From Candidatus Latescibacterota bacterium (GTDB lineage Bacteria > Latescibacterota > UBA2968 > UBA8231): a stretch of DNA of 64,000 bases. The stretch is from contig OZ252098.1 of assembly GCA_965248355.1 (NCBI GenBank), positions 5,408,001-5,472,000 of the forward strand, read 5' to 3'. The notes under the pieces were generated by a model. The model made no database searches. It was not told the DNA's origin and saw only the letters and a list, made by a program, of their open reading frames with translations. The position numbers and the translations under genes were made by a program. Positions 1-8,924 of this stretch are shown here, piece after piece (positions within the stretch are counted from its first letter, which is position 1; each line of letters starts with the position of its first letter).

Positions 1-2288
1 ACCGGTTTCGGCGTCACCAGGCGCTGCACGTCGAGTGAGACGGTCAACTCGTCGTTGATGGCGTCGCCGTTGGGCGTGAAGGGATTGGGCTCGATGCGGA
101 TGTTGGTCACCAGGTCCTCGCTCTGGGCGGAGATGTCGGCGCTCACCACCAGCGAGTTCCTGTCCGAGAGGTTCTCCGTGGCCGCGAAGTCGATCACGTC
201 GCTGCCGGTCACCCTCTGCGGCAGGAAGAAGGCCAGGGTATCGAGGGTTCCCTCGCCGCGCGCCAGGGCCAGGATGCCCCGGCTGCTGAAGTCCCGCTCC
301 GCCTCCGCGCCCAGACTATCGAGGAATACGCTGGCGAAGAAGGGGGTGCGGAAATCGATGACGCGGCAGCGGAAGCGGGCTTTCACCCGAACCTCGCGAC
401 CCTGTCCGTCGCCGACCGGCTCGATGGCGGGGAAGCCGACGACGAACTGATCGTCGGCCACGTGCACCACCCGGAACCGACCTTCTTCGATCTCGCCCGC
501 GCCCTCCCCCGCGTTTGCGAACTGCCGCACCTGACCGTCCCCCAGGTCCACCTCCAGCTCCTCGATGGCCTCGCTGCGCACCGGGGTGAAGACCTGAAGG
601 CGGTTGAAGCCGGTGTTGCCGGCGCCGAGGGAGGCCTGCAGGGCCAGCACGAAGGAGGTGTCGAGGCCGGCGATGACGTCCGCCGCCGGAGCGATCTCGC
701 CGAAGAGCTCGTCGGTGCTCTGCGGGGAGGAGTACTCGATGCGCAGGTTGCGCAGGATGGTGGCCGACTCCGGGGACCGGCCCAGGAAATCCACCTCCGC
801 CTGGATGAAGGGACGCCCGCTCGGCGCAGGGATCAGGTCGCCGTTGTTGGCCACCTGGGAACTGCTCCAGAACTCGAGGTCGGGCTCGATGCGGCCGCGC
901 ACGCTGACCGGGAGGCCGATGTAGTCCGCACGGCTCTGGCGGATGGACGCGCGGTCCTCGGGCAGGGCGGCGCTCCAGATGTCGCGCGCCTCGATGTTGA
1001 AATCCTTGGACTCCAGGTCGACCTCCTGGCCCCAGGTGGGGGAACCCGGCCGTCTGTCGATGATGTTGGCGTTCCCCTCCCCCCGGCGCCACTCCACCTC
1101 GCGGTCGAGATAGTTGATCTGGAACAGAACGTCGGGCTCGGTGGTGAAGCCCGTGCGCACACGCACGATGATCCTCGACCGGGAGGGATCGCCGATCTTC
1201 TCCTCGTCCCAGAAGATCCTCCCCAGGGTGGCCGGGGGCACGGGCAGGGCGTTGGAGGTGTAGGTCGCGGAGCGCACGAAGCCGTCGGCGAAGTACTCCA
1301 TCTCGGCGAGGTCGTAGTCCAGCGGGGTCTGGAAGTCCATCCTCGAGTAGCGCATCTGCACGGGCGGATCGAAGGCCACGGAGATCGTGTCCTGCCGGTT
1401 GACCGGCACGTTCGCCTGGGGGAGGAAGGTGGGAAAGGTGTCCCCGATCTTGCTGAACAGGGGGTAGCCCAGGGGCCCGGTATTCGGATCTACGAGGCTC
1501 AGGCCGGCGATCTCCGTCTCGGTGTCGGGCAGGCCGCGATAGAAGGTGTAGGCGGAGACGCGCACCGGCTCCTCGAGGCTGGGATAGAGGCGGAAGAGGC
1601 GGATGGGGAAGTAGCGCCCCAGGTCGACGTAGAGTCTCCACTTCTGCGTCACGTCCTGTCCAACCCGGTCGATGCGCTCGAAGTGGGTGGTGGGATCGCC
1701 GTCGAAGACGCGGGCCAGACCCTCCTGGCGGCGGATGCCGGTCAGGGCTTGCTCCCAGATGGCGAGGTAGGTGAGATTCAGACTCTTGTTGTACTTGTCG
1801 GCGCCGGGGGGGCGGGGGAAGGACTCGGCCACGTTGATCATGGCCTCGATCTCGGTGACGCCGGCGCGGCGCAGCAGCTGCACCCCTTCCAGGCTGCGCG
1901 GGAAGGGGCTCCAGCGGGGGATCAGGACCGAGCCCGCGGCGAGGAGCGAGCCGTCCGGGAGCTCCACGTCCTGCGGTGCCACCACGTCGGTCCGGGTCAC
2001 GTGGTAGGAGAAGGCGAGGAGGAGGGAGTCGGTGGCCGCATCTGCTTCGTCGGCGGTCAGGTCGAGGGAGATCTCGGGAACGGGGATCCAGCGCGCCGGA
2101 GAGATGGGGCCGATGCCGCCCTCGTGGCCTTCGAGGTCGACCAGCTCGATGTAGGTGTTCTCCGAGACCGACCCCTGCTGGATGCCGGCCCAGGTGTCGT
2201 CGCCGGGAATCGAGAACAGGCGCAACTCGGCGCCGGCGTCGACCGCCCATACCGAGAAGACCAGCGCGGCACAGATCCCGATTCTCAT
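1..2288 (-). CDS. Secreted protein with discoidin-like region and C-terminal FlgD-Ig/gliding-motility (CHU_C)-like domain; 3' end lies outside the window
   Basis: Translated by hand (absent from the ORF track because no stop falls in the window). It begins MRIGICAALVFSVWAVDAGA (signal peptide), contains 'VFDGDPTTHF' and 'VDLGRYFPI', and has 'IEPNPFTPNGDAINDELTVSLDV' near the window edge. GGGAG/AAGGGA lies upstream of the ATG. Confidence 0.8.
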   Translation of the reverse strand, partial: MRIGICAALVFSVWAVDAGAELRLFSIPGDDTWAGIQQGSVSENTYIELVDLEGHEGGIGPISPARWIPVPEISLDLTADEADAATDSLLLAFSYHVTRTDVVAPQDVELPDGSLLAAGSVLIPRWSPFPRSLEGVQLLRRAGVTEIEAMINVAESFPRPPGADKYNKSLNLTYLAIWEQALTGIRRQEGLARVFDGDPTTHFERIDRVGQDVTQKWRLYVDLGRYFPIRLFRLYPSLEEPVRVSAYTFYRGLPDTETEIAGLSLVDPNTGPLGYPLFSKIGDTFPTFLPQANVPVNRQDTISVAFDPPVQMRYSRMDFQTPLDYDLAEMEYFADGFVRSATYTSNALPVPPATLGRIFWDEEKIGDPSRSRIIVRVRTGFTTEPDVLFQINYLDREVEWRRGEGNANIIDRRPGSPTWGQEVDLESKDFNIEARDIWSAALPEDRASIRQSRADYIGLPVSVRGRIEPDLEFWSSSQVANNGDLIPAPSGRPFIQAEVDFLGRSPESATILRNLRIEYSSPQSTDELFGEIAPAADVIAGLDTSFVLALQASLGAGNTGFNRLQVFTPVRSEAIEELEVDLGDGQVRQFANAGEGAGEIEEGRFRVVHVADDQFVVGFPAIEPVGDGQGREVRVKARFRCRVIDFRTPFFASVFLDSLGAEAERDFSSRGILALARGEGTLDTLAFFLPQRVTGSDVIDFAATENLSDRNSLVVSADISAQSEDLVTNIRIEPNPFTPNGDAINDELTVSLDVQRLVTPKP

Positions 2289-2394
2289 TCCCTTGCTCCC
2301 GGTAGAGAGAGTATGACGGCCGCCCGGAGACGGGGAGACGGGCAACTGCAGCACGAGGTCCGCACTCGTTGTGCCGAAGCGCTTCTCAAGTGCA

Positions 2395-2427
2395 AAGAGA
2401 GGGAGGAATACATCCCCTCCCTCTCTT
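2395..2427 (-). terminator. Hairpin downstream of the CBM9-like gene; probable intrinsic terminator
   Basis: 12-bp perfect stem aagagagggagg...cctccctctctt, about 30 nt after the stop at 2458; only a short T run follows on the minus strand. Confidence 0.55.
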
Positions 2428-2457
2428 CATGGAACCAAACGGATAACTAACCGGTGT

Positions 2458-3351
2458 CTACTGATTCAGCGAGGCCTTGATGCGGCCCCACGAGTTTCCT
2501 TCGACCGCCGTGCCCAGGCCGACCAGTCGGGCGTCGACGAAGCGCTCGGCAAAGCGCCAGGTCGCGGCCTGACCGGACAGGGTGTGGAAGGCCCGGTCCT
2601 GGCCCACGTCCTTGTCGGTGTCCGGCGTCGAGATCTGGTAGCCGATGATCTTGCCGTCAAACAGCTCGGAGGCCTGGCTGTCGTCGGGGCTGTTCCAGAT
2701 CAGGTCGTCGAAGGGGGTGCAGAAGAACTCGATGATGCTGACCGTCGGCCCGTCGCCGACGGAAGTGCCGCCGCCGTCAGCGTAGGGCAGATCGTTGACC
2801 CACTCGGCGCCGGCGCCGAGGTAGAAGACGTGACGGCCCGAAGGGTCGTCGGCGACGGCGATGTACTGCTGCGCCGCGCGGTTGTTGTTGAGCTTCTCCT
2901 CCTCGTCGTTCCAGTCCGGGTTGGCCGAGCCGGTGTAGTCGCCGCCCGTGTGGTCGCCGTCGAGCATGACCTCGATGGCCTCGTAGTTCCACGGGCTGCT
3001 GCCGTCGTACTCCCTGCCGAAGTAGACGTTGTCGATGCGCTCCATGGCGAACCAGATGGTCTGGGAGCTGCTGTTCCAGGCGGACCAGATGCGGTAGTCG
3101 AGGTCGGCCGGATCGTACTGGGCGCCGTCGCCCACCGTCGGATCCTGGTACAGGTCGGTGGGCAGGTAGGTCGCATCGCCGGCCACGTCTTCCCAGTCCT
3201 CGACCGTGCCGTCCGTGAAGTCGAGATCCGTCAGATCGGCGTCGGAGAGCTCGAAAAGGGTGTAGATCCTGTCGCCGATGTGGGCGTTGGCACCCCCCGC
3301 CAGGCCACAGACCAAGCCGAGAGCGACAAGCACTGCGAGGTAGTTCCTCAT
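2458..3351 (-). CDS. Secreted CBM9/DOMON-like sugar-binding protein with C-terminal AVExxSWGRIK tail
   Basis: Signal peptide MRNYLAVLVALGLVCGLAGGANA; 'DGTVEDW' and 'IEVMLDGD' CBM9-like motifs; ends TAVEGNSWGRIKASLNQ; AAGGAG RBS; clear paralogue at 37324-38232. Confidence 0.75.
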   Translation of the reverse strand: MRNYLAVLVALGLVCGLAGGANAHIGDRIYTLFELSDADLTDLDFTDGTVEDWEDVAGDATYLPTDLYQDPTVGDGAQYDPADLDYRIWSAWNSSSQTIWFAMERIDNVYFGREYDGSSPWNYEAIEVMLDGDHTGGDYTGSANPDWNDEEEKLNNNRAAQQYIAVADDPSGRHVFYLGAGAEWVNDLPYADGGGTSVGDGPTVSIIEFFCTPFDDLIWNSPDDSQASELFDGKIIGYQISTPDTDKDVGQDRAFHTLSGQAATWRFAERFVDARLVGLGTAVEGNSWGRIKASLNQ

Positions 3352-3462
3352 TGCTAAGGGCTCCTTGTCAAAGAGGAATTTGTTTGGTTGGAAAAGAGAT
3401 ATCTGCAGTCTCTGCAGATCGGGTCTTCAGTGAAAAAGCCGTTGCGTCTTCCCTCCTTTCTC

Positions 3463-3502
3463 GTCGTTAGGGTTGTCGTATGGTCGTTAGGGTTGTCGTA
3501 TG
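3463..3502. repeat. Perfect 20-bp tandem repeat (gtcgttagggttgtcgtatg x2) in the leader of the CBM9-like gene
   Basis: Read directly: copies at 3463-3482 and 3483-3502. Confidence 0.95.
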
Positions 3503-3736
3503 TCAGCCTTGCTCCGGGATCCGTGCGGTCGGCTGCCCTCCGCTCAGCCATCCTCCCTTTTCGACATCCAGCCCAACTGTCACTACTCATCCGAGCAGTG
3601 CAGTATGGATCAGGTTGGGAAGCAGGCGGGCGGGGAGGCTCCCCAATTCAGAAAAGGAACTAGTGGGAAAAGAGCGCCGGGTTGTCAAGACCTTTCCACG
3701 ATTCCGCAACGGCACGGATTCCACGGGGTTCCGGTC

Positions 3737-4543
3737 TCAGCGTCCCATCCAGCCCCCGTCCACCAGCAGGGTGGCGCCGTGAACGTAGCGCGAGGCGTCC
3801 GAGGCCAGGAAGACCACGGGCCCGCTGAAGTCCTCCGGCTCGCCCCAGCGCCCGGCGGGGATGCGGTCGAGAATGGCGGCGCTCCGCCCGGGGTCGCCGC
3901 GCAGGGCCTCGGTGTTGTCGGTGGCCACGTATCCGGGGGCGATGGCGTTCACGTTGACGCCGCGCGAGGCCCACTCGTTTGCGAAGGCCATGGTCAGGGT
4001 GTGGATTCCTCCCTTGCTGGCGCTGTATCCCGGGACGGTGATGCCGCCCTGGAAGCTGAGCACCGAGGCGAGAAAGATCACCTTGCCGCTGCCGCGGGCG
4101 GCCATCCGGCCGCCGATCTCGCGGGTGAGCACGAACTGGGCGCTGAGGTTGATCTCGAGGATCCGGTCCCAGTACTCGTCCCGGTGCCGGGCCGCTGGCT
4201 CTCGCAGGATCGTGCCGGCGTTGTTGACGAGGATGTCGATGCGCGGGTGGTCCGACTGCACCAGGTCGATGAAGGCCCGCAGCGCCCCGCGGTCGGCGAA
4301 GTCACACTGGTAGGGGGCGAAGGAACACCCCAGGCGGACGACCTGCCTCTCCACGGCACTGTCCCTTTCCTCCAGGGAGGCCGAGACGCCGATCACGTCG
4401 GCGCCGGCCTGGGCCAGACCGACGGCCATGGCCCTGCCGATCCCCCTCCGGCAGCCGGTGACCAGGGCCACCCGACCCGACAGGTCGAACGGGTGGGCGA
4501 GGTCCGGGCGTCGAGCACCGGGGTCATGGCACAGGGACGCCAC
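3737..4543 (-). CDS. kduD: SDR oxidoreductase, 2-dehydro-3-deoxy-D-gluconate 5-dehydrogenase (KduD-like)
   Basis: 'FDLSGRVALVTGCRRGIG', 'ILVNNAG', 'SFQGGITVPGYSASKGG' (YxxxK), 'NEWASRGVNVNAIAPGY', ends 'VDGGWMGR'. GTG start at 4543 is uncertain. Confidence 0.85.
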   Translation of the reverse strand: MASLCHDPGARRPDLAHPFDLSGRVALVTGCRRGIGRAMAVGLAQAGADVIGVSASLEERDSAVERQVVRLGCSFAPYQCDFADRGALRAFIDLVQSDHPRIDILVNNAGTILREPAARHRDEYWDRILEINLSAQFVLTREIGGRMAARGSGKVIFLASVLSFQGGITVPGYSASKGGIHTLTMAFANEWASRGVNVNAIAPGYVATDNTEALRGDPGRSAAILDRIPAGRWGEPEDFSGPVVFLASDASRYVHGATLLVDGGWMGR

Positions 4544-4560
4544 CCCAACCGTCCCGGGTG

Positions 4561-5802
4561 TCAGATCAGCGCCCCGTCCCCGGAGAAGCGCATGGGCTCG
4601 AACTCGCCCAGGCGCTCCAGGTCGGGGTGGTCGCTGTCCCGGGCCAGGGGCTCGCTGAGCTGCACGTGCTCCACGCTCAGGGTGTTGCGGATGCGGGCCG
4701 CCCGCAGTGAGGCGCCGTCGTCGATGCGCAGGACCTCGAGCATGGAGGCGATCGCCTCGCGGTCGTCCCCCTTCACGATCGGTACGTAGGCCCGGTTGAG
4801 GAAGGTCGAGGTGAAGGCGTTGGCGTAGGTGGCCTCGAAGTCGATGGAGTCGAAGAGCTGACGGGTGATCACGTCGGCCAGGCCCACGCCGTTGGCGTTG
4901 CCGTGGGTCCTCTCGGAGAGCCTGCGCACGAAGATGCGCGAGACCCCGGGTTCGTCGGGCTCGGCCACGCCGGGCAACAGGAGGCGGCCGATGACGTTGG
5001 TGTCCATGCCGGTGCCGGAGATGTCCTTGCCCATCTCGTCGACGATCAGCAGGTCGATGCCGTTCGCCAGGATGCGGGGCATGTTGCTGCGGGCGACCTC
5101 GAGCAGGCGGGCCTCGCCGCACAGGATGTCGCTGGGGGGCAGGGCGGTGACGCTGGCCGTCTGGTCGTAGGCGTTCTCCACGAGGGCGACGCCGGCGAGA
5201 ACGTTCAGGCGGCCGAGGAGAGCGGCGCCCAGGGCCGGGATCAGCCGCGCCAGGCCCTCGGCCCCCTGGCCATGGGCCATGGTCGCGCCCCGGTGGCAGC
5301 CGAGACCGATGGCGAGCATCTTGACGACGCCGCTCTCGTGGGTGCCGCGGAAGGAGGTGTGGGGCTTGACGCGGTTGATGACGATCACGCCGTCGGCCTC
5401 CAGGGCCAGCCGGTTGACGAGGACGGGCGTGCCGTCGTCGAGGCGGCCGACCTGGACGACCTCCATGGTGGCCTCCACCGGACAGCCCATCTCCTTGGGG
5501 CCGAGGCCGTAGCTGTCCAGCACCTCCTTCTGGCCCTCGGCCGTGGCGCCGCCGTGGCTGCCCATGGCGGGCAGAATGAAGGGCCGGCCCCCGGCGGCGC
5601 GTACCGCGTCGACGACGGTGCGGGTGATCGCGGGGATGTTGGAGATTCCGCGGCTGCCGCCGGTGACGGCGACGCGCTGGCCGGGGCGGATGCGCCCGGC
5701 GAGGCCGCAGCGCTCCAGCTCGGCGGAGACGGCGGCGGCCACGTCGTCGAGGCTCTCGGCGGCGAAGCGCTGCCGGAAGGGGGCCATCCGGGGGAAGGAC
5801 AA
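4561..5802 (-). CDS. Lactate racemase (LarA)/DUF2088-DUF362-like protein
   Basis: 'VAVTGGSRGISNI', 'PAMGSHGGATAEGQ', 'INRVKPHTSF', 'GKDISGTGMDTNVIGR', 'HGNANGVGLAD'. Start is TTG 5802 or ATG 5787. Confidence 0.8.
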   Translation of the reverse strand: MSFPRMAPFRQRFAAESLDDVAAAVSAELERCGLAGRIRPGQRVAVTGGSRGISNIPAITRTVVDAVRAAGGRPFILPAMGSHGGATAEGQKEVLDSYGLGPKEMGCPVEATMEVVQVGRLDDGTPVLVNRLALEADGVIVINRVKPHTSFRGTHESGVVKMLAIGLGCHRGATMAHGQGAEGLARLIPALGAALLGRLNVLAGVALVENAYDQTASVTALPPSDILCGEARLLEVARSNMPRILANGIDLLIVDEMGKDISGTGMDTNVIGRLLLPGVAEPDEPGVSRIFVRRLSERTHGNANGVGLADVITRQLFDSIDFEATYANAFTSTFLNRAYVPIVKGDDREAIASMLEVLRIDDGASLRAARIRNTLSVEHVQLSEPLARDSDHPDLERLGEFEPMRFSGDGALI

Positions 5803-5806
5803 GGGG

Positions 5807-6373
5807 CTATCCCACCAGGGCGCCGCGCAGGTCGTGAGCGCGGTCACGGATCGGTCTCGACGGCGTCGGCACCGGCTCGCCGCCGGGCTCGAGGCGCCAG
5901 ATGAAGACCGCCGGACCCTCGACCTCGAAGTGCATGGGCAGCATGCGGTCGAAGTCCTCCGGGGCGTCGATCGTGTGCACCTGGTGCAGGCCGGCTGCGC
6001 GGGCCATGGCCTCGAAGTCGACGACCCCGGCACCCGGCACGGGCTGATTGCCGGTGACCTCGTAGGTTCCGTTCTCGGTGATGATCAGGCTGTAGTTGCG
6101 GCCCCCCCCCTGGGCCATGGTCACCAGCGTCCCCAGGCACATCAGGGTGGAGCCGTCACCGTTGAGACAGAGCACGCGCCGCCCGGGCTGCGCCAGGGCC
6201 AGCCCGTAGGCCAGGTCGGCGGCGTGGCCCATGGCGCTGTCCACCGAGGCGAAGTCGAGAGGCGTGTCGGACAGCTCCGCCCAGGGCATGGCGACACTCA
6301 TGGTGGTCACCACCACGTCGTCCTGGCGCCGGGCCGCGGCGAGCTTCCTCAGGCAGCGGTACTTGTCGAGCAC
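5807..6373 (-). CDS. ThDP-dependent decarboxylase beta subunit (sulfopyruvate/phosphonopyruvate decarboxylase-like, ComE-like)
   Basis: 'SAMGHA', ThDP motif 'NGDGSTLMCLG...ITENG', 'YEVTGNQP'. Confidence 0.85.
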   Translation of the reverse strand: MLDKYRCLRKLAAARRQDDVVVTTMSVAMPWAELSDTPLDFASVDSAMGHAADLAYGLALAQPGRRVLCLNGDGSTLMCLGTLVTMAQGGGRNYSLIITENGTYEVTGNQPVPGAGVVDFEAMARAAGLHQVHTIDAPEDFDRMLPMHFEVEGPAVFIWRLEPGGEPVPTPSRPIRDRAHDLRGALVG

Positions 6374-6375
6374 GG

Positions 6376-6870
6376 CTATTCCGTGGTGCCCACGAGGAGG
6401 ACCGCCGCCGGCAGCGAGCGCTCGCGGGCGAGGCCGAAGGCCCCGGCGACCTGGGTTTGCGGGTCGCCCTCGTCGTCGAGCACCGAGTAGGGGATGTCCC
6501 AGGCCTTCAGGGTCGGCTCGAAGAAGGTCGCCGCCGTGTCGACGCGCCCGGCGCCCGGGGCCATCGACTGAAAGCCCCGGTAGCCCATGAGCATGACCAG
6601 GGGCAGGCCCATGTTGTAGGCCGTGCCGCGGAAGGCGTCGCCCGTCTCCAGGAACCCCGTGTTCTGGATGATGACGACGGGCGTGACGCCCCCCAGATAG
6701 AGGCCGCTGGCCACGGCGAAGGCCTCCCCCTCCCGGGTGACGCCGATCACCTCCAGCTCGTCGTCGGCCCAGAGCGCCTCGAAGAGGGCCCGCGAGCCGT
6801 TGTCGGGCAGGCCGACGACGTGGGTGACGCCCTGTCTCTTCAACTCGGCGACGATCGGTTCGGACCGCAA
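6376..6870 (-). CDS. ThDP-dependent decarboxylase alpha subunit (ComD-like)
   Basis: 'ELKRQGVTHVVGLPD', 'TREGEAFAVASGLYLGG', 'IQNTGF', 'LPLVMLMGYRG'; TTG start with GGAG upstream; adjacent to the beta subunit. Confidence 0.85.
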   Translation of the reverse strand: MRSEPIVAELKRQGVTHVVGLPDNGSRALFEALWADDELEVIGVTREGEAFAVASGLYLGGVTPVVIIQNTGFLETGDAFRGTAYNMGLPLVMLMGYRGFQSMAPGAGRVDTAATFFEPTLKAWDIPYSVLDDEGDPQTQVAGAFGLARERSLPAAVLLVGTTE

Positions 6871-6884
6871 GGGGCTCCGTTCCC

Positions 6885-8078
6885 TCAGACGAAGATCGAG
6901 CGGTTGGAAATGCCGTAGGCGAACCCGGACTGCTGCACGCCGCCCACGTACTGGGCCGTGCGCCCGGCGGGCACCGTGCCCTCGTACCACTGCGTGAAGG
7001 CGGGGTTGAAGGCGGCGAGAGAGTCCCGGTTGGCCGCGGCGTCGGCGCCCGCGCCGATGTAGGCGTTGTTGAATACCCCGTCGGCCTTCAGGCCCCGGCC
7101 CCCGGCCTCCTTCACGCGGGCGTCGACGCCGTCGAGGATGTCGCCGGCGTCGTGACCGGCCACGGCGCTGACCATGGCCTCGGTGATGCCGCCGTGGCGG
7201 ATGGCGGTCCAGGTGCTGAAGCCGTGCTCGAGGCGGCCGGAGCGGAGGATCTCCACGCCGTCGCCGCTGACCACGCGGGGCTGCGGCTCGACGACCCCGT
7301 CGAGGTTGGGGATCCGCGACACCGGGTAGATCAGCCCCGCGGGCCGGTGGTCGCCGAAGTAGTCCTCGAAGACCTCGCGCACGATGTCGATGCGGCTCCA
7401 GGCCTGATCCGGCGCATCGTCGACGGCTACGAGGATCTCCATCCAGACCGTCTGCGTGCGGAAGTCGACGCCGGCCTCGGCGAGGGGCCTGGCGTACTGC
7501 TCCTCGAGGACGAAGGCCATCTCGCGGGCCACGTCCGGGCCGAGGGTGGTGATCGTCTCGCCGTCCTTGCGGTGCATCACCGAGGCGCCGCTCGGCTGAT
7601 GGTCGGTCCACGACCCGAAGTCGAGCCGGCCGCCGCCGATCTCGACGTCGCCCGCGGCGGCCTTGATCTGGATCTCGAAGAGCGCCGCCGGGTCGGGGAA
7701 GCCCTCGGGGTGGGTGAAACGGGCCATCCGGTTGGAGCGCATCGGCCCCCCGGTGACCACCTGCAGCATGGCGCCGTACACGGCGTTGAAGGCGTTCTTG
7801 CGGGCGTCGCACTCATCCCGCGAGGAGGAGGGCGTCGTCCACAGGACGTCGGTCTTGTACACGTCGGACCAGTGGGCCTTGCCCAGCGCCAGACCGGCGT
7901 TCAGGTTCTCGATGGTGCCGAACCACTCCGAGCCCACCTCGTTCGGGTACTGGGTGCCCACGTTGCCGCTGGGCTCCACGAGGCGGGTGACCTTGCTCTC
8001 GTCGTCGATCTGCACGACCTCGCAGGTGCCGCAGAACACGGCGCCGGGGCGATGCCGGATGATGTGTACCTCTGCCAT
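6885..8078 (-). CDS. Uncharacterised protein built of three tandem divergent Rid/YjgF-like domains
   Basis: Three ~125-140-aa segments with a Rid-like pattern: 'WSDVYKTDVL..AFNAVYG..SNRM..ALFEIQIKA'; 'LAEAGVDF..VFEDYFGDHRPAG..GVVEPQ'; 'VKEAGG..AAFNPAFTQWY..PAGRTAQYV'. AAGGAAG upstream. Confidence 0.6.
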   Translation of the reverse strand: MAEVHIIRHRPGAVFCGTCEVVQIDDESKVTRLVEPSGNVGTQYPNEVGSEWFGTIENLNAGLALGKAHWSDVYKTDVLWTTPSSSRDECDARKNAFNAVYGAMLQVVTGGPMRSNRMARFTHPEGFPDPAALFEIQIKAAAGDVEIGGGRLDFGSWTDHQPSGASVMHRKDGETITTLGPDVAREMAFVLEEQYARPLAEAGVDFRTQTVWMEILVAVDDAPDQAWSRIDIVREVFEDYFGDHRPAGLIYPVSRIPNLDGVVEPQPRVVSGDGVEILRSGRLEHGFSTWTAIRHGGITEAMVSAVAGHDAGDILDGVDARVKEAGGRGLKADGVFNNAYIGAGADAAANRDSLAAFNPAFTQWYEGTVPAGRTAQYVGGVQQSGFAYGISNRSIFV

Positions 8079-8195
8079 CGGGTCTCTTCCGCTTCCTTAT
8101 AGGTGATGTGAGGGGATGGGCGGCGTGCGCAAACCACCAAAGATACGGGTCCCCGCGCGGCTCTTCAAACCGGGGGGCCCGTCCTGACCGGCGCC

Positions 8196-8924
8196 GTGCT
8201 TCTCGCCAGGGAGCCCGTCGCCGGGAAGGCGAAGACCCGTCTGCAACCGCGCCTGACCGCCGGCCAGGCGGCCGGGCTGTACGCCGCCTTCCTGCGCGAC
8301 AGCGCCGCCAACCTGGCCGCCTCGACGGCGCGCAGAAAGATCGTGGCCGTGGCGCCGCCCGAGGGCGAGCCGGCCGTCCGCGCCCTGCTGGACGGGTACG
8401 ACGGGCTGACCTTCGAAGGGCAGCCCGGGGGCTCCCTCGGAGAGCGCATGGAAGTCCTGTGCCGCCGCGCCGTCGGCGCCGGCTGCGGACGCGTCGTCCT
8501 GCTCGGTTCCGACAGCCCCTCGTTGCCGGCTCCGTCCATCGACGAGGCCCTGCACCGGCTGCGCGCTGCCGACGTGGTGATCGGTCCCAGCGTCGACGGG
8601 GGATACTACCTCATCGGTCTGCGGGCCGAGGCGCTGCCGGCGGCGGCGCCGGCGCTCTTCCAGGGGATCGAGTGGGGTACGGGGCGGGTCCTCGAGCAGA
8701 CCCTGGCGGCTCTGCCCGGCGGGCTCCGCCTGTCGCTGATGCCGCCTTGGTACGACGTGGACGTGCCGGCGGCGGCGGCCTTCCTGCGCGCCCATCTGGA
8801 GGCGCTGGCCCGGAGCGGCGACGAGAGCACCGGCCGCCACTCCCGGGCGGCGCTGCGCGGCCTCGACCTGCCGCCGCCGAGCCAGGGCCTCGCCGCGCCC
8901 GGCGCCGGGTCTAGAGGCCCATGA
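8196..8924 (+). CDS. DUF2064/TIGR04282-type glycosyltransferase-A-like (CofC-like fold) protein
   Basis: 'AREPVAGKAKTRL', 'QPGGSLGERM', 'VLLGSDSPSLP', 'VIGPSVDGGYYLIG', 'IEWGT', 'WYDVD'. Confidence 0.85.
   Translation: MLLAREPVAGKAKTRLQPRLTAGQAAGLYAAFLRDSAANLAASTARRKIVAVAPPEGEPAVRALLDGYDGLTFEGQPGGSLGERMEVLCRRAVGAGCGRVVLLGSDSPSLPAPSIDEALHRLRAADVVIGPSVDGGYYLIGLRAEALPAAAPALFQGIEWGTGRVLEQTLAALPGGLRLSLMPPWYDVDVPAAAAFLRAHLEALARSGDESTGRHSRAALRGLDLPPPSQGLAAPGAGSRGP

Noticed and set aside
316..2250. 644-aa Arg/Pro/Gly-rich minus-strand ORF
   Set aside because: Wrong frame; the real gene starts at 2288 in another frame and runs off the window.
3463..3502. Short direct repeats (also 23184 and 63699) as possible CRISPR repeats
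   Set aside because: Only two abutting copies each, no spacers and no cas genes.
5807..6870. Phosphonate or coenzyme M biosynthesis cluster
   Set aside because: No PEP mutase, comA/B/C or cysteate synthase nearby; only the decarboxylase family is supported.
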